NCBI RefSeq assembly: GCF_009914755.1 | Contig: NC_060934.1 | DNA length: 64,000 bases | DNA from: the human T2T-CHM13v2.0 reference genome, Homo sapiens | Strand: one strand, 5' to 3' | Shown: piece by piece, positions 36,848 to 53,416 of the stretch | Numbering within the stretch: position 1 is the stretch's first letter | Layout of the letters: each line of letters starts with the position of its first letter | The notes under the pieces: model-generated | What the model was told of the DNA's origin: nothing | Databases searched by the model: none | Seen by the model: the letters and a program-made list of their open reading frames with translations, nothing else | Made by a program: the position numbers and the translations under genes

Positions 36848-37058
36848 CAGTTGTTCTCATCTGGGAGTAATTTTACCTCCCTGGTGACATTTGGCAATGT
36901 TTGGAGACATTTTGGTTTGTCGCAATTGGGAGCTGCCCCTAGTATCTAGTGGGTAGGCCAGGGATGCTGTTAACCATCTTACAATGTACTGGACAGCTCC
37001 TCACAAGAAAAAATTATCCAGCCCCAAGTGTTAATAACATCGAAGTTGAGAAACCTGC
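36848..37058. mobile_element. MER20
   Basis: cagttgttctca...gacatttggcaatgtttggagacatttt...ttgagaaacctg. Confidence 0.8.
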
Positions 37059-37264
37059 ATTAAATTGAAAATGTTAGTTTTTATCTACTCCAGCACCAAA
37101 CAAGCCTGATGAACTAATTTTGAATCCCGATTCTGTCCTTCAATACATTATCTCCTCCTCCCTGCTTTGGATTATGCTTAAATTTGCCCAGCATGCCATC
37201 CACATCTTCATCCAAAGTATTAACAGAAATAGTGTATAAGGACAAAGTCCTCAAGTCAGGTTGC

Positions 37265-37520
37265 AGTGGAGGCAGTATACATGGCCATTGAGCAGGAGTG
37301 CACTGATATGAATCTGCTGGAGTTTAATTCCCATGTCTATTGATTATTAACTACTGTGTGACCATGGAAAAGTTATTTAATGAATGTGTGCCTCAGCTTC
37401 CCTACCTGTAAGATAGAGAAAGAGTAATAATACTCCCATAGAGTTGTAGTGAGTGTTAAATGGAAGTAAAGCATGTAAAGCATTTAGTCTGATGACTAAC
37501 CCATAGGAAGTGTTCAGTGT
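37265..37520. mobile_element. MIR
   Basis: ctgtgtgaccatggaaaagttatttaa...gcctcagcttcc core. Confidence 0.6.
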
Positions 37521-37544
37521 TAACCAATCATCGAATATTCTTTG

Positions 37545-37868
<324 letters not shown>

Positions 37869-38029
37869 TAGTTGTACTTGTTTAAGGAGTTGTATATTCC
37901 CTGCTCTGTAGCTCAATCAATAACATGATGATACTATTTGTCATATGCCTTGAAATCCTCTCATAATACACATTTTACTAAAAATATTCTCTAATGACTT
38001 CTTTTCTTTCCTTCCTTCTTTCTGTGGTT

Positions 38030-38328
38030 TTTGTTTATTTGTTTTTTGAGATGGAGTCTCACTCTGTCACTCAGGCTAGAGTCCAGTGGTGCGATCTCAG
38101 CTCACTGCAACCTCTGTCTCCCGGGTTCAAGTGATTCTTCTGCCTCAGCCAAGCAGATGAGACTACAGGTGTGCACCACCACACCCAGCTAATTTTTGTA
38201 TTTTTTTTTTAGTGGAGACGGTGTTTCACCATATTGGCCAGGCTGGTCTTGAACTCCTGACCTCGTGATCCACCCACCTCAGCCTCCCAAAGTGCTGGGA
38301 TTACAGGCATGAGCCACCCCGTCCGGCC
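38030..38328 (-). mobile_element. AluS
   Basis: Dimer; TSD ctttctgtg. Confidence 0.88.
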
Positions 38329-38538
38329 CTTTCTGTGTTTTGAAAAGACAACTGTCAGAACTCCAGAAGCCTGAGCTTTTACTACCTTAAATGTTCTCTT
38401 TGAAATGACTGTAGGTGCTTTCTGATTTATGAGTTGAAAAATATGTGTTACAAATTTAATGAGACAATGCACGTAAACCACTTATCACTGAAATTGCCAC
38501 ATCCAATGCATTCAAAAATGTCAACTCATTGTTATTAA

Positions 38539-38855
<317 letters not shown>

Positions 38856-39229
38856 ATTTATTTTTTTTAAAGATCTTATTTGGTTACACTGGATTTCTCA
38901 GTCATGAATATGCAGGATAGCAAGACTCTTCTTTTGAAGAGGTGTTCAAAATATTTTAAACCGCAAGTGCATCAGCCTGAGTTTCCTACTTGAGAGAAGT
39001 ATTTGGGTTGAGAATCCTTAGAAAAGTGGCCAAGGGAGTCCAAGGAGGGGCTTAGGTGATGCAGGGGAAGGGCCACTGTCAAGGGATGGAGCTTGGATGT
39101 TGTAAAAAGATGGGGCTGGCCTTGGAGTTCTAGAGCCTAAGAGAAGGAAGACCTGAGCGATATAGGCAATCAGAGCTCCATAGAGAGGCAAGATTAGAGA
39201 GATGTAAGACCAAGAGCTGAGCCTCAGTC

Positions 39230-39495
39230 TCCCGCTGACCCCGCACCTCTAGCAGTGGCACAGTGCGAGAAAGCAGAGCTGACAGCTGCGCAGGCGCAGC
39301 GTGTACTCTTCAGGTGTGCCAGGACGACTGCTTCCAGAAGACACCGCGGGCCCAGAGGACGCTGGGAAAGACGACTAGATGCTTTCTGCAGATGCTAGTG
39401 CTTCATTGCCCGCTGCAACTGCCTTCTCCTGGGTATTGGGATCAGACAGTGGTGAGTCAATAGATGACTGCATCTACGAGTAAATAAACACACAG
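39230..39495. promoter_or_regulatory. Candidate distal regulatory element (CpG-rich patch with NRF1, E-box, AP-1 and forkhead motifs)
   Basis: About 13 CpGs in ~250 bp of non-Alu DNA; TGCGCAGGCGCA 39287-39298, CAGCTG 39283-39288, TGAGTCA 39453-39459, GTAAATAAACA 39480-39490. Confidence 0.55.
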
Positions 39496-39914
39496 GGCTG
39501 ATAGTCTGATGGCATCTTCAGAGGCACAGGTGCAAAAAGGCACCTGGCTGGCCTCAGGCTTGTCCACCTGGATCCCTGAGGTGCAGGTGGAATAGAGAAA
39601 GCCTCAGAGGCTGAAGAAGGTGATCTGCTGAAAAGACCAATTTTTATTTTATTTTGTTATATGATAAACCCATATGACGTAAAACAGCATTCTATCCATT
39701 TTAAAGGATACACTTTAAAATAAAATTTTTATTTTATTTTATTTTATTGTTGAAATAAATTTCAACAATAAAAAACATTTATTGATGTCTTACTGTGTTA
39801 TGGTGCAACATTATGAATAAAATTCAGAGTCCTTATCCTGGCTTACAATGAGTTACTTTGACCTTCCTGCAGGATTGGAAAGTACTCCTTCTTCAAAATA
39901 GTATCTGTTCAGTT

Positions 39915-40250
39915 TAATTTGCATTTCATTTCCCTGGTGATTAGTGATGTTGAGCATTTTTTCACGTTTGTTGGCCATTTGTTTATCTTCTTTTGAGAAA
40001 TGTCTGTTCACCTCATTTGCCCACTTTTTAATGGGATTGGTTTTTCCTTGCTGACTTTTTTTGAGTGCCCAGTAGATTTTGGATATTGGTCCTTTATTGG
40101 AATATAGTTTGCAAATATTTTTTCCTATTCTGTAGGTTACTTATTTTCTCTGTTAATTCTTTTGCTGTCCAGAAGCTTTTTTGTTTAATTTGGTCCCATT
40201 TATTCATTTTTGTTTTTGTTGTCTTTGTTTTTGGGGGCTTGTTGGTCACC
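39915..40250 (-). mobile_element. L1 ORF2 fragment
   Basis: Translation KMNKWDQIKQKSFWTAKE is L1 ORF2p-like. Confidence 0.8.
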
Positions 40251-40517
40251 AGTTGGTCTAGGTGCAGCAGAGAGCATATCACTCAGCCCAGAGAAAGGGT
40301 GAGAATGCCTTTTACAAAGGGTAGTTGCATCTTGTTAGGAATAAGGTATTGCATGGAAATTTACATTATGTGTAAAAGGATGAGTAGCCAAAAAGTGAAC
40401 AGTGCAGACTTTTAAACTATGGCTCTTAGCAGCCAATTTGCAGGAATCTCAAAGGGCAGAGGAATATTTGAAGTTTGTCATGTGTCAGCAAAACCAGGCG
40501 GTAGGAGATGCTGCGAT

Positions 40518-40868
40518 TGTTATGACGAAACTTTAGACAAATTAAATTGAGCAAACTTTGGGTAAAGAATGATTCATGAACTGTGCAGCCTACAGAACCA
40601 GAACAGGTTCAGAGTGACTCCGGGGCTGCCACGTGATAAGACAACATTTATGTGCAGAAGATGGAAGTGAGAAATAGCTGAATTGGTTATTGCTTGGTGT
40701 TTGCCTTATGTCAACATGATTTTAACAGTTGGCAGCCTATGATTGGCCAAAACCCTGTAATTGGTACAAGAGTACCAATTATACATCCAGTTAGATTATT
40801 CTCACTATGTATGGAGAGACGTTTAGGCCAAACTTAAATAAGAAGGCAGCTTTAGTCTAAAATTAACA
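40518..40868 (-). mobile_element. MER57-like ERV1 solo LTR
   Basis: TG...CA ends; reverse complement starts tgttaattttagactaaagctgcc; multiple CCAAT boxes. Confidence 0.7.
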
Positions 40869-40869
40869 A

Positions 40870-42100
40870 GATAAAGACCTAAAGGAAGAGAAGCAACATG
40901 CATGGCAGGGGAATATCTAGGGGTTAGGGGAATGTGAATTCCAGGAAACAAGTGCAAGTTCCCTGAGACAGAAACATCCTAATGTGTTTGAGAAAGAGCC
41001 AGGAGGTTAATTTTATGGGGAGGGAGTAAGCAAGAGGGAGCATGAGAGCACTTGCATGCCACGGAAAAGATTTTGGATTTTGTTTTGAATGAGCCAGAAA
41101 GTCATTTAATGGTTTTTCCCCACCCCACTCTCCTTTGGGGTGAGGAGAAAGTGGACAGCGATGTAGATCAAACATAAATGGCCACAATTGTTGATGCCGA
41201 TGATGAGAAGGTATGGGAGTTTTATTACATTATCCTTTCTTTTGTATTTGTTTGAAATTTTTCATAATAAAAATAAAGCAATCAAGAACCCTTCGCTGCT
41301 GTGTTAAAAGTACGTGGAAGAGGGGCAAGTGTAGAAGTAAAGGGGACCAGTTAGAAGGCTCCTATACTTATCCAGGGAAGGCTTGGGATGTTAACAGTGA
41401 AAGTGTTGAGAAGTGAGTGGATTCTGGATATATTCTTAAAGGGAGGAAGCAGAAAGGATTGGTTAATTAGCTGGTTGTGTTGCTGTGGGCATCCTGGGTG
41501 TTCCCAGCTACCCAGGAGGCTGAGGTGAAAGAATTACCTGAGCCCAGGAGGTCAAGGTTGCAGTGAGCGGTGATCACGCCACCAACGCACTGCAGCCTAG
41601 ATGACAGAGTGAGACTCTGTCTCAAAAACAAACAAACAAAAGAAGAAAACGAAAGAAAGGGCTGCTTAAAGGATTTGGATGAGGAATGGGAGAGAAACAA
41701 GAATTAAGGATGACTGAGTACCTGGAAAAAAGGAGTACTATAAAATGAGATGGGAAAAAAAGGGGGATGCCTTATTTGCCATAAGCCTAGTCTTTTTTCA
41801 TAAGGTTAGGTTTTTCTTTGTATAAGCCCTTTAAATAAGTTGGCTTCCAATAGGAAGCCACGTTTAAACATGGTCTTAGAGAAAAAAATGAAAAAGGAAG
41901 AGCTTTGCTATCATTAGTTGAGAATCCAAAGTTTAGTTTTAGTCTTGTAAACTTTTATATGTATATTAAAGTAAGTGTTGACGTCAAGTAAACCGTTAGG
42001 TATAAGAATCTGAGGATCAGGGGAAGGTCAGAGCTAAAGATATGAATTTGGAGCTGAAAGTATATAGATAGTATTTAAAGCCATGTGACTAGATGATACC
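40870..42100. mobile_element. L2 fragments, with an Alu right half (~41464-41660) and a foreign 150-bp insert
   Basis: gaagtgagtggattctggatatatt, gatatgaatttggagc...agatagtatttaaagccatg L2 motifs. Confidence 0.65.
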
Positions 42101-42119
42101 GCCAATTCTAATTCTCTAA

Positions 42120-42489
<370 letters not shown>

Positions 42490-43639
42490 CACACATATAC
42501 ACACACACAGACACACACACACAAACACAAAGTCAGTTCTCTGAATGTAGAAACAATAGATTATCTGAAAAATGTACTCAGAGCTTGGAGTGCACACATA
42601 TTAATCACTTTTGTTAGGGTTTCCAAGTGTCATTTAATAAATTGTGTGGTCTTAGGCAACACCAAATGGAGTCCACTTGTTCTGGCAGCATGAAAGGAAA
42701 TAATTTTACATCTTGAAGGGTACAATCGGAGATAAATAAGTCATTCTCTTTTTCAATATCAGTAATCTCAGCAGTTTCATTTAATATTAATTATGTAGTG
42801 TATGAATATGCTAGTCACCCTTCTAATAACCTGCCAGTGAAGATGCCCATAATTATTTAAAGCGAAAACCACATGTGAGAGCTATGAGAGTCAAATTGTA
42901 CTTTCTCGAGTCTGAACCTGTTGAGTATTGTGCTCCATGGGTTCTTCTAGATTTTTTCCCCACAGATATTCTGTGTTTTCCAAACTGGCTGATTATTATA
43001 ATTGCTAGCAATGATTCTTGGTTCCCACCTTTAGAAACTCCAAGTTAATGTGTCTAGGGTGGAGCAGAGGAATTTGTTTTTCACAAGTGCTCATGTTTGG
43101 GAAATACTGCTAAACAGTTTCAAGAAGCTTTTCATTCTTTCTCTCGAGATGTGCTTCCTAAGCCTCATTCTCCTGCCCTATTCCAAAATATTTTTTACTT
43201 CTGCTTTTCTTTTGCTGTTGGCAGCAGGGAGCCAAAATCACAGATAAGATGGGGTGGGCTATGGAGGTGCTAGGTTCAAGTTGTGGGGACTCTTCTAACC
43301 CGCCAAGTTACTCTCAATCTGGTCACCTTCCATAAGCCTAGGTTTCTCTTTGTATAAGTCCTTTATGCAAGTAGGCCTCCAATAGGATTTTGTTTTAAAC
43401 ACAATTATAGAGAAGAAACAGAAAAAGGAAGAATCTTGCTATCATAATTGAGGATCCCGCTACCCTCCTGAAGCCAGAGACAATTATTTAGATATTTTGG
43501 GAAGGTGAATTGTAGGGTTGACAAATAGAATAATTTTGAGGTTTTTTTCTTCTTTGAGGGGCTCACCAGGTAATTTTCTCCCATTCGAGATAATGAAGTT
43601 TCTGAATTCTATCTATGAATATCTTAGGAGTGTCTATGG

Positions 43640-44552
<913 letters not shown>

Positions 44553-45444
44553 CAGGAGAGAAATTGGCAAGACTGATAAGGACCAAACTGATAAAGGTGG
44601 CTATCTCAGGGATGGGGGTGGTGAGATTGGAGGGGAAGAGAGGAAAACGCTTACACATGTTTTACTTTATATTCTTTTCTACCATAAAAGGAGAGAAATG
44701 ATTATATGTGATTTTAAATTTCCTTTTTGGGTTATAACTTATTTTTCAAATTTTCTAAAATAAACACTTTTTGCTTGGAAATTAGGAAAGTGAAATACAG
44801 TATAAATAGAGTATAATTACTTATCAAGTTTTGCATTTTTGGAGCATGGTAACCTCCACATTCTTGTACAAACACCATCGCTTTTTTTTTTTTTTTCCAC
44901 AAAGGACCTAGTCATCTGTTTTGGTGTAAAGCCACATATTAGAATATTTTCTCAATAGGTACCTGTCTGGATCTTCTTAAACAATGCTAAGGGAAAAGCA
45001 TAAGACTTAGTTGGTCTCCATGGTAACTAACTCACAGCCAAGACTGATCCCTGAGGATAACAACAGAAAATATTCCAGCACTGGAAAATTTTTAAAATTT
45101 CCCCCGGGTTGGGGAACACCCTGGGCATTTAGTTATCTGAGCATCCATCTCAAAAAACCTTCTTTAGTCAAAGGCTGCTTTCCAACTGTGATCTGAATCT
45201 AAACTGGGGAAGAACCTGCTATGCTGAAGCTGCCTCAATACAATAGTGTCCCCACTACACAAGTCCTCTCCTATCAAAATTTTACTTATGTTTTGCTCCT
45301 CAGAAAAGAAGTTAATTTTTAGATGGAGTGAAACTTGAATTCTGTATACCCCTCATTAGCCCTTATTTTATTCTGCTTTGTAAATATGACTCTTACATGT
45401 CTATTTATTTCCTGAGATACTGATGGAAAGACCAACTTATTTAA

Positions 45445-46152
<708 letters not shown>

Positions 46153-46483
46153 AATAAATGAGATACTGTTATGTGTCAAGCCTTAGATGAGGAGATGGGT
46201 TCCCCAGCTGTCTAGCTTAAAAGAGATGATAGGCTAGCTCCAATGTGGTAAGTGCTTAACAAAATGTTATAATTGCCTAAGGAGTTGAGGGGACTTCACT
46301 GAAGAGATGACATAAGCAGGGTTGTGAAAAATGACACCAGATTGACAAGATTAAATAAAATAATTACTTGGTACATGTAACAACATGGATGAATTTCACC
46401 GTCTTAATTTTGAGTGAAAAAAGTCAGACACAAAAGAGGATAGATGAATAAAGGTGCTATAGCCATCCTTGAAAAACAAATCC

Positions 46484-46818
<335 letters not shown>

Positions 46819-48317
46819 TTAGCAGTGATATACCTGGTGTATATGATGCCCCAAGAGGATCTTTTGTTAACATGCCCCCCTCTATAAAAATTATTGTTTA
46901 ATAATAATGTCATAATCAGTAAAAATTGTTTTCTTGCTATTTTAGCTTAAAAAACAATGAACAATTTAAAAATATATTCAGTTTTACAGATTCTATTACA
47001 ATTTAGCAAAATATTTCATGTAGGAACTAAATTTACTCTTACTAAAACAATTACACTTCACAGTTAACATTGTTTAATTATTTTAAAATTTAAACAGAAA
47101 TAAAAGCTCCAAATAGTCACATTGAATGACAGAATTGAAGTAACCTGTGTTCTGTTTGTTTTTACAATCACTTTTCTCATTGTTTTATTTTGAATTCACT
47201 GTTTAAATGCTGGAGTGTGTTGTACCATGGAAGTGGAGACAAGAACTATGTGTCAAGCAAGCTCAACTGTGGATCATTATGAACTTTTTCAAATGAAGGC
47301 ATGTAGCTGAGACTATGTGTAATGAGCTAACTGTAGAAGTAGAGTTCTCCAAATTAACATATGCAAATAATAAAATGCTTAATTACACAGTAAGTGTTAA
47401 TAATGTACTAATTTGATAATTACATGTATTACTAAAACTCAACAATAATAGCAGTTGTTTAAAACAGCAGTGATTAAACTTTTTGGTCTTAGAACATCAT
47501 TGTACTCTTGTAAATTACTGAACTCTTTGCTTTTGTTTACGTTGGTTAAATCTATTGATATTTACCCTATTAGAAACTAAAACTCAGCAAAAGTATTAAT
47601 TTTAAAATTAAGTTTACACCATAAAAATACATAAACTCATATTAACATACATAATGTATATTTATGAAGAATAATTAATTTTCTGAAACAAAACAAAATT
47701 TAGTGAGAAGAGTGGTCTTGTTTTACATTGATGGAATTAGAGTCTCAAATATCCTTCTGCATCCAATCTGTTGCCATATATTGTTCTAAAGCAGATGAAA
47801 CAAATCTGGCCTTACATGAATATGTAGTTCAAGGAGGGAGGGTATTTTAGTAGGCTCTTTAAATAATTGTAGGTATTCTTCTTTGACACTATATCAAAAC
47901 TTGACAGAAGTTAGTTTCTTACAGGTTAGTTATAATGTGTTCTGAAACCATATAAGTGTACTTTTCATACTATCTCACATTAAAATCTGTTGACTTATCT
48001 TATATTCTGAATCAATCTTTTTACTCATGCCTGACTTTGTAGCATCAAGCATTGACAATTTGGAAAATATTACTTCCCTGGTTTAATTCAACTTTTCCAC
48101 ATGTTGACATATTTCTTTTTTTTTTATCAATATATACAAAAAGTTTATTTTAGAAATCACATATCTTTAAAAAATCACAGAGGATATAAGTTCTTATCCT
48201 GACCAGATAGTATTCATTATTTGAATGGCAGAGTGTTGTGTGGTACAATTAACGAGATGCAGATACCAAGTCCATATAATATTCCTGGCATTTACACCAG
48301 GCTCAAAACATTGTGAC

Positions 48318-48679
48318 TTTTTTTTTTTTTAACTATACTTTAAGTTCTTGGATACATGTGCACAATGTGCAGATTTGTTACATAGGTATACACGTGCCAT
48401 GGTGGTTTGCTGTACCCATCAACCAGTCATCTACAATAGGTATTTCTCCTAATGTTATCCCTCCCTTGGGCCCCAAGCCCCCGACAGGCCCTGGTGTGTG
48501 ATGTTCCCCTCCCTGTGTCCATATGTTCTCATTGTTCAATTCCCAGTTATGAGTGAGAACATGTGGTGTTTGGTTTTCTGTTCCTGTGTTAGTTTGCTGA
48601 GAATGATGGTTTCCAGCTTCATCCATGTCCCTGCAAAGGACATGAACTCATCCTTTTTATGGCTGCATAGTATTCCATG
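48318..48679 (-). mobile_element. L1PA 3' end fragment
   Basis: tatactttaagttct...catgtgcacaatgtgcag...catccatgtccctgcaaaggacatga. Confidence 0.9.
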
Positions 48680-49336
48680 CAAAGCAAACAAACAAACAAA
48701 CAAACCCCCAAACCCACAAAAAACAAACCAAAAATAAAAAAGCCAGCTAATTTTGAAACACCTAAAACTATCTTGATCTTGTAAATACAGGTCCTGGAAC
48801 TACAGATCCATTGCTGAGACTATTCCAAAAACTGTAAAACGTGGACATTATTTTAATTCATGAACAACTGAAAAGATCCAATAGAGTGCTGTGTAGTCAT
48901 TTCAGTATGTGAGCCAAAGCAGAATAATAGGGAAATGTTAAAGCTCTGCTTTACAGTTTAATAGACTGAAAGCAAAAAGAAAGTCCGAAAAAAGAAGTGG
49001 GGAAATTTGGTTGGTAATGTTTTTGGTAGAACTGGTTATCCTTGTTACTATTTAGTGGGTGTCTTTTAGTCTTACAAGAGTAGCACTCACAGCTGGCTGA
49101 GTTCAAATATCAGAGAATCAGAATGCAAAATACAACCGTAAATTTATACTCACTATGGACCAAAAAATATGGTTCTTTGAAAATCTGAGATAAACCCTGT
49201 GATTTAACATGTTAAGAATGCTTAAGATAATTTTACAGATCAAGGAGTTAAAACAATCCTCAAGGATGACTAAAGCAGAATTTTTACGCAATAACTTCAA
49301 TAATTTCCTACAGATACTCCTACTCAGACCATAAGG

Positions 49337-49660
<324 letters not shown>

Positions 49661-50925
49661 TAGGTATTTGTTTTTTGGGATAAATATAAAGCAAAGTTTA
49701 TGTTTGTATGGGGTATGAGTTTGTATGAGTTCAGGGTTCTCTGACTCAGCTAGAGCTGAATCCAGAGAAATATTGTCATCTTCTAAAAAGTTTCAAGAAA
49801 AATAAACCTTGTATCAATTGGTTAATTGCATAAATCTTCTGAGAATGCAGTTACTATGTGCATCCATGATGAGAAGTTACAGTTCATGCTGAAGAGAACT
49901 GAAAAGATTTAAAATCACCTAAGAACAAAGTCAATAGATATTAATCATTCGTGAAGATAAGCAACACCTGAGAGCAATAGCAAGCTGACTCAATTTGATT
50001 ACATCGGATATATTTTCATTTGTTTCCCATGAAATCATAATCTTATCAGAAATACAGTTACTAAAGAAAAGTATTACAGGTAGTGGAGGATAATGTGGGT
50101 GGTATGATGAAAGATACTGTTCCTATAGTCAGGAAAAACCAGCCATTAATTTTATTGAAGTGAAAAATGTATAACATTAAAGTTGCAGATCTGGGCTTTA
50201 TTATCAGAATAACATCATTTTGGATAGAATTGAGAGATTCTCTAAAATGCTATTGATAGACACATTTCATTTTATAGTAGCAAAAACACTATATTTATTA
50301 ATGTCATCACCAATCTCATCAGAAGAGTTTTCAAGCTCACAGCAGCTTTCAAGCTCACAGTAGCAGATACAAGTTTCCAACATGCAATTTAGGTTTAAAA
50401 GCTCAACTTTTAGATAACAGATATTTTAGTTCTTTTCCTTGAAGTGCCAGGCTTACTTTGGTCATTTTAAAGAAAATTTCTGCTGAATAACTAAGTCTGA
50501 ATAACTACAGCCTATCAGTTGTTTTTTTAAAAGTCAAACTGGTGTTCCATAAAAAAAAAAAAGTGGCTGGATTAGCTCACAGTCAAATAATCACAAAGTG
50601 TTTCTCCTTGAGACAACAGAACTGCTTTATTTTCCATGTCATCACATAAAAAAGATGGGTATGCTAAGGTCCATATTTAATAAAATGTTTTATTTTAAAG
50701 TTAATTAATTCATTTTTTCCTAGCTTGAGGTATAGTTGATTAAAAGGTTATATATATATGTATATGTGTGTACTTTGTGAAAGGATTACCACAGTCAACC
50801 TAATTAATGTTTTCATCACCTCACGCAGGCATAATTTTTTGGTGGTAAGAACATTTAGGATTTAATAAAGTTAAATGTTTTAGTAAATTTTTAAATTGTA
50901 ATTGAAATTTTAATTAAAAAGTTAA

Positions 50926-51242
<317 letters not shown>

Positions 51243-51998
51243 ATAAAAAAGTTAAATGATAATAAAATGTTTACTGCCTCATTAGATATATTTCTTAAGT
51301 AAAACTAGGTTTTTCTTATTGTTGTTAACTGTTCGTGTGTAGTGGTGAAGAATACAATGTATACTAGTATAATCTGTGCCACTGCCTTGATTCCTACTAA
51401 GGAATAAGTAGATTTAGTCACCATTGTCTTGAACCATCAGCGCACACAGTCAACACAATGAAAAAGGAAAACAATGTTTTAGTTATGAAAATATTCTGAC
51501 TCCATGGACTCTCTGAAAAGATCTTGGATTACTCCAGATCTGTGGATCATACTTTCATTTAGAACTTAAACTAATAAAAGATATTTTTTCTAGATGAATA
51601 TTTTATTATGATAATGTTTAGAATTTCCAGTGCATGATAATAATAAAGTGCAGAGTGATTTTCAGTGAGTTTTAGTATTGCTTTTACATTTTCAGACAAT
51701 GAACCCTTTTACTGTCTGCATACAAGGCAGACTTTCCCATTACCTTGCCCTTGGTACACCACTGGATGATGGCAAATAACTTCTCTCAGTTAGTGGTTTG
51801 TCTTTTCCTTCTCTGAACGGTATCTTTTGATGAACAGAAATTCTTAATTTTAGTGAAGTATAATTTGACAATCTTTTACAATTGTCCTTTTTATGCTGAT
51901 CCCAAGATTGCATTCCTGGCATAAATCCCACTTGGTCATATTATCCCTTTTATATAAAGGAGAAAATATGTATATATAATCATCTCAATAGATACAGA

Positions 51999-52301
<303 letters not shown>

Positions 52302-53029
52302 CAGAAAAATTTGTACATAAAATTTAATACTTCTTTATGAACTCTTAGTAATCTCGGAATAGAAGGAAGCTTCGAGGTTATGCTGATCTTATAAAATTAG
52401 TTGGAAATGATACCCTCCTCTTTTCAAGTCTCTGAGTTTTCTATAAGATTGGTATTATTTTTTGCTTAAATGTTCAGAATTCATCATTGAAGCTATTTTG
52501 ATTTGAAGTTTACTTTGCGGGAAGGATTTTTAAATGAAGGAATCAATTTCATTGATATTTAATTTCATTCAGATTTTCTATTTCCTCCTGTATTAGTTTT
52601 GTTAAATTTTGTTTTTTAAGGAATTTGTCCATTTCATCTATTTTTTAACAGCTTTATTGAGATGTAATTCACATGTCATAAAATTCACCTATTTAAAGTA
52701 TACAATTCAGTGTTTTTTTAGTATATTCTCAGAGTTGTGCAACCATTCCCACAACCTAATTTTAGAACATTTCCATCACCCCAAACAGAAATCTCATATC
52801 CATTTGCAATCACTCCCATTCCCAACCCCTAGCCCTAGACAACCACTCATTTACTTTCTGTCTTTATATATTTACTTTTTCAAGACATTTCTTAGAATAT
52901 CTTGAAAATGTGCTGAGACAGCAGAAGTGCTGTATTTTTTCATTTCACCACATGAAAAAGATGGGTACAAAAGGGTACAGATTTAATAAAATGTCACTAA
53001 ATGTCAGTGTATTTTCAAGGGGAGAGGAA

Positions 53030-53416
53030 TTAGGCCATGCCTCTTACTAGGATGGGCAGCAAAGAATTTGTGGATGTATCTAATCCACCATACCAAATAT
53101 ACCACATCTGTTGGACCATAGTTCTGTTTTTATCTATTTGCATCTTTCCCAATTCCTCAGGTTGACAGATCCATATTTGCATCTTTCCCAATTCCTCAGG
53201 TTGACAGATCCATATTCTTCCAAACTTACCTCCAGTGTCACAAGGCCTTTCTTGAGTAAGGGGACACCTACATGTTGTTTTTTCTGTGATGTAGTTATAG
53301 ACTACGTCCCTTAAAAAAAAGAATAAGCCAACCTCTGGCTGATGAACTATAAACCGTCTAAGCTGAGTTGATCTTTCTTTTTTGTACCATGACAGTGTGT
53401 TGTATTTATGCTTCAT
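53030..53416 (-). other. LINC01553: 128-aa ORF (MKHKYNTLSWYKKERSTQ...LVRGMA); recalled as the putative product of LINC01553/C10orf40; coding status doubtful
   Basis: First ATG at 53416-53414, stop at 53032-53030. The position ~52 kb upstream of CCDC6 and the length fit my recollection of C10orf40. No recognisable domain; transcript boundaries cannot be read from sequence. Confidence 0.55.
53135..53216. repeat. Perfect 39-bp tandem duplication
   Basis: tatttgcatctttcccaattcctcaggttgacagatcca x2 (53135-53173, 53174-53212) plus tatt. Confidence 0.95.

Noticed and set aside
39243-39260. CTCF-like motif (ctgctagaggtgc on the minus strand)
   Set aside because: Mismatches at core GGC positions; too weak to call.
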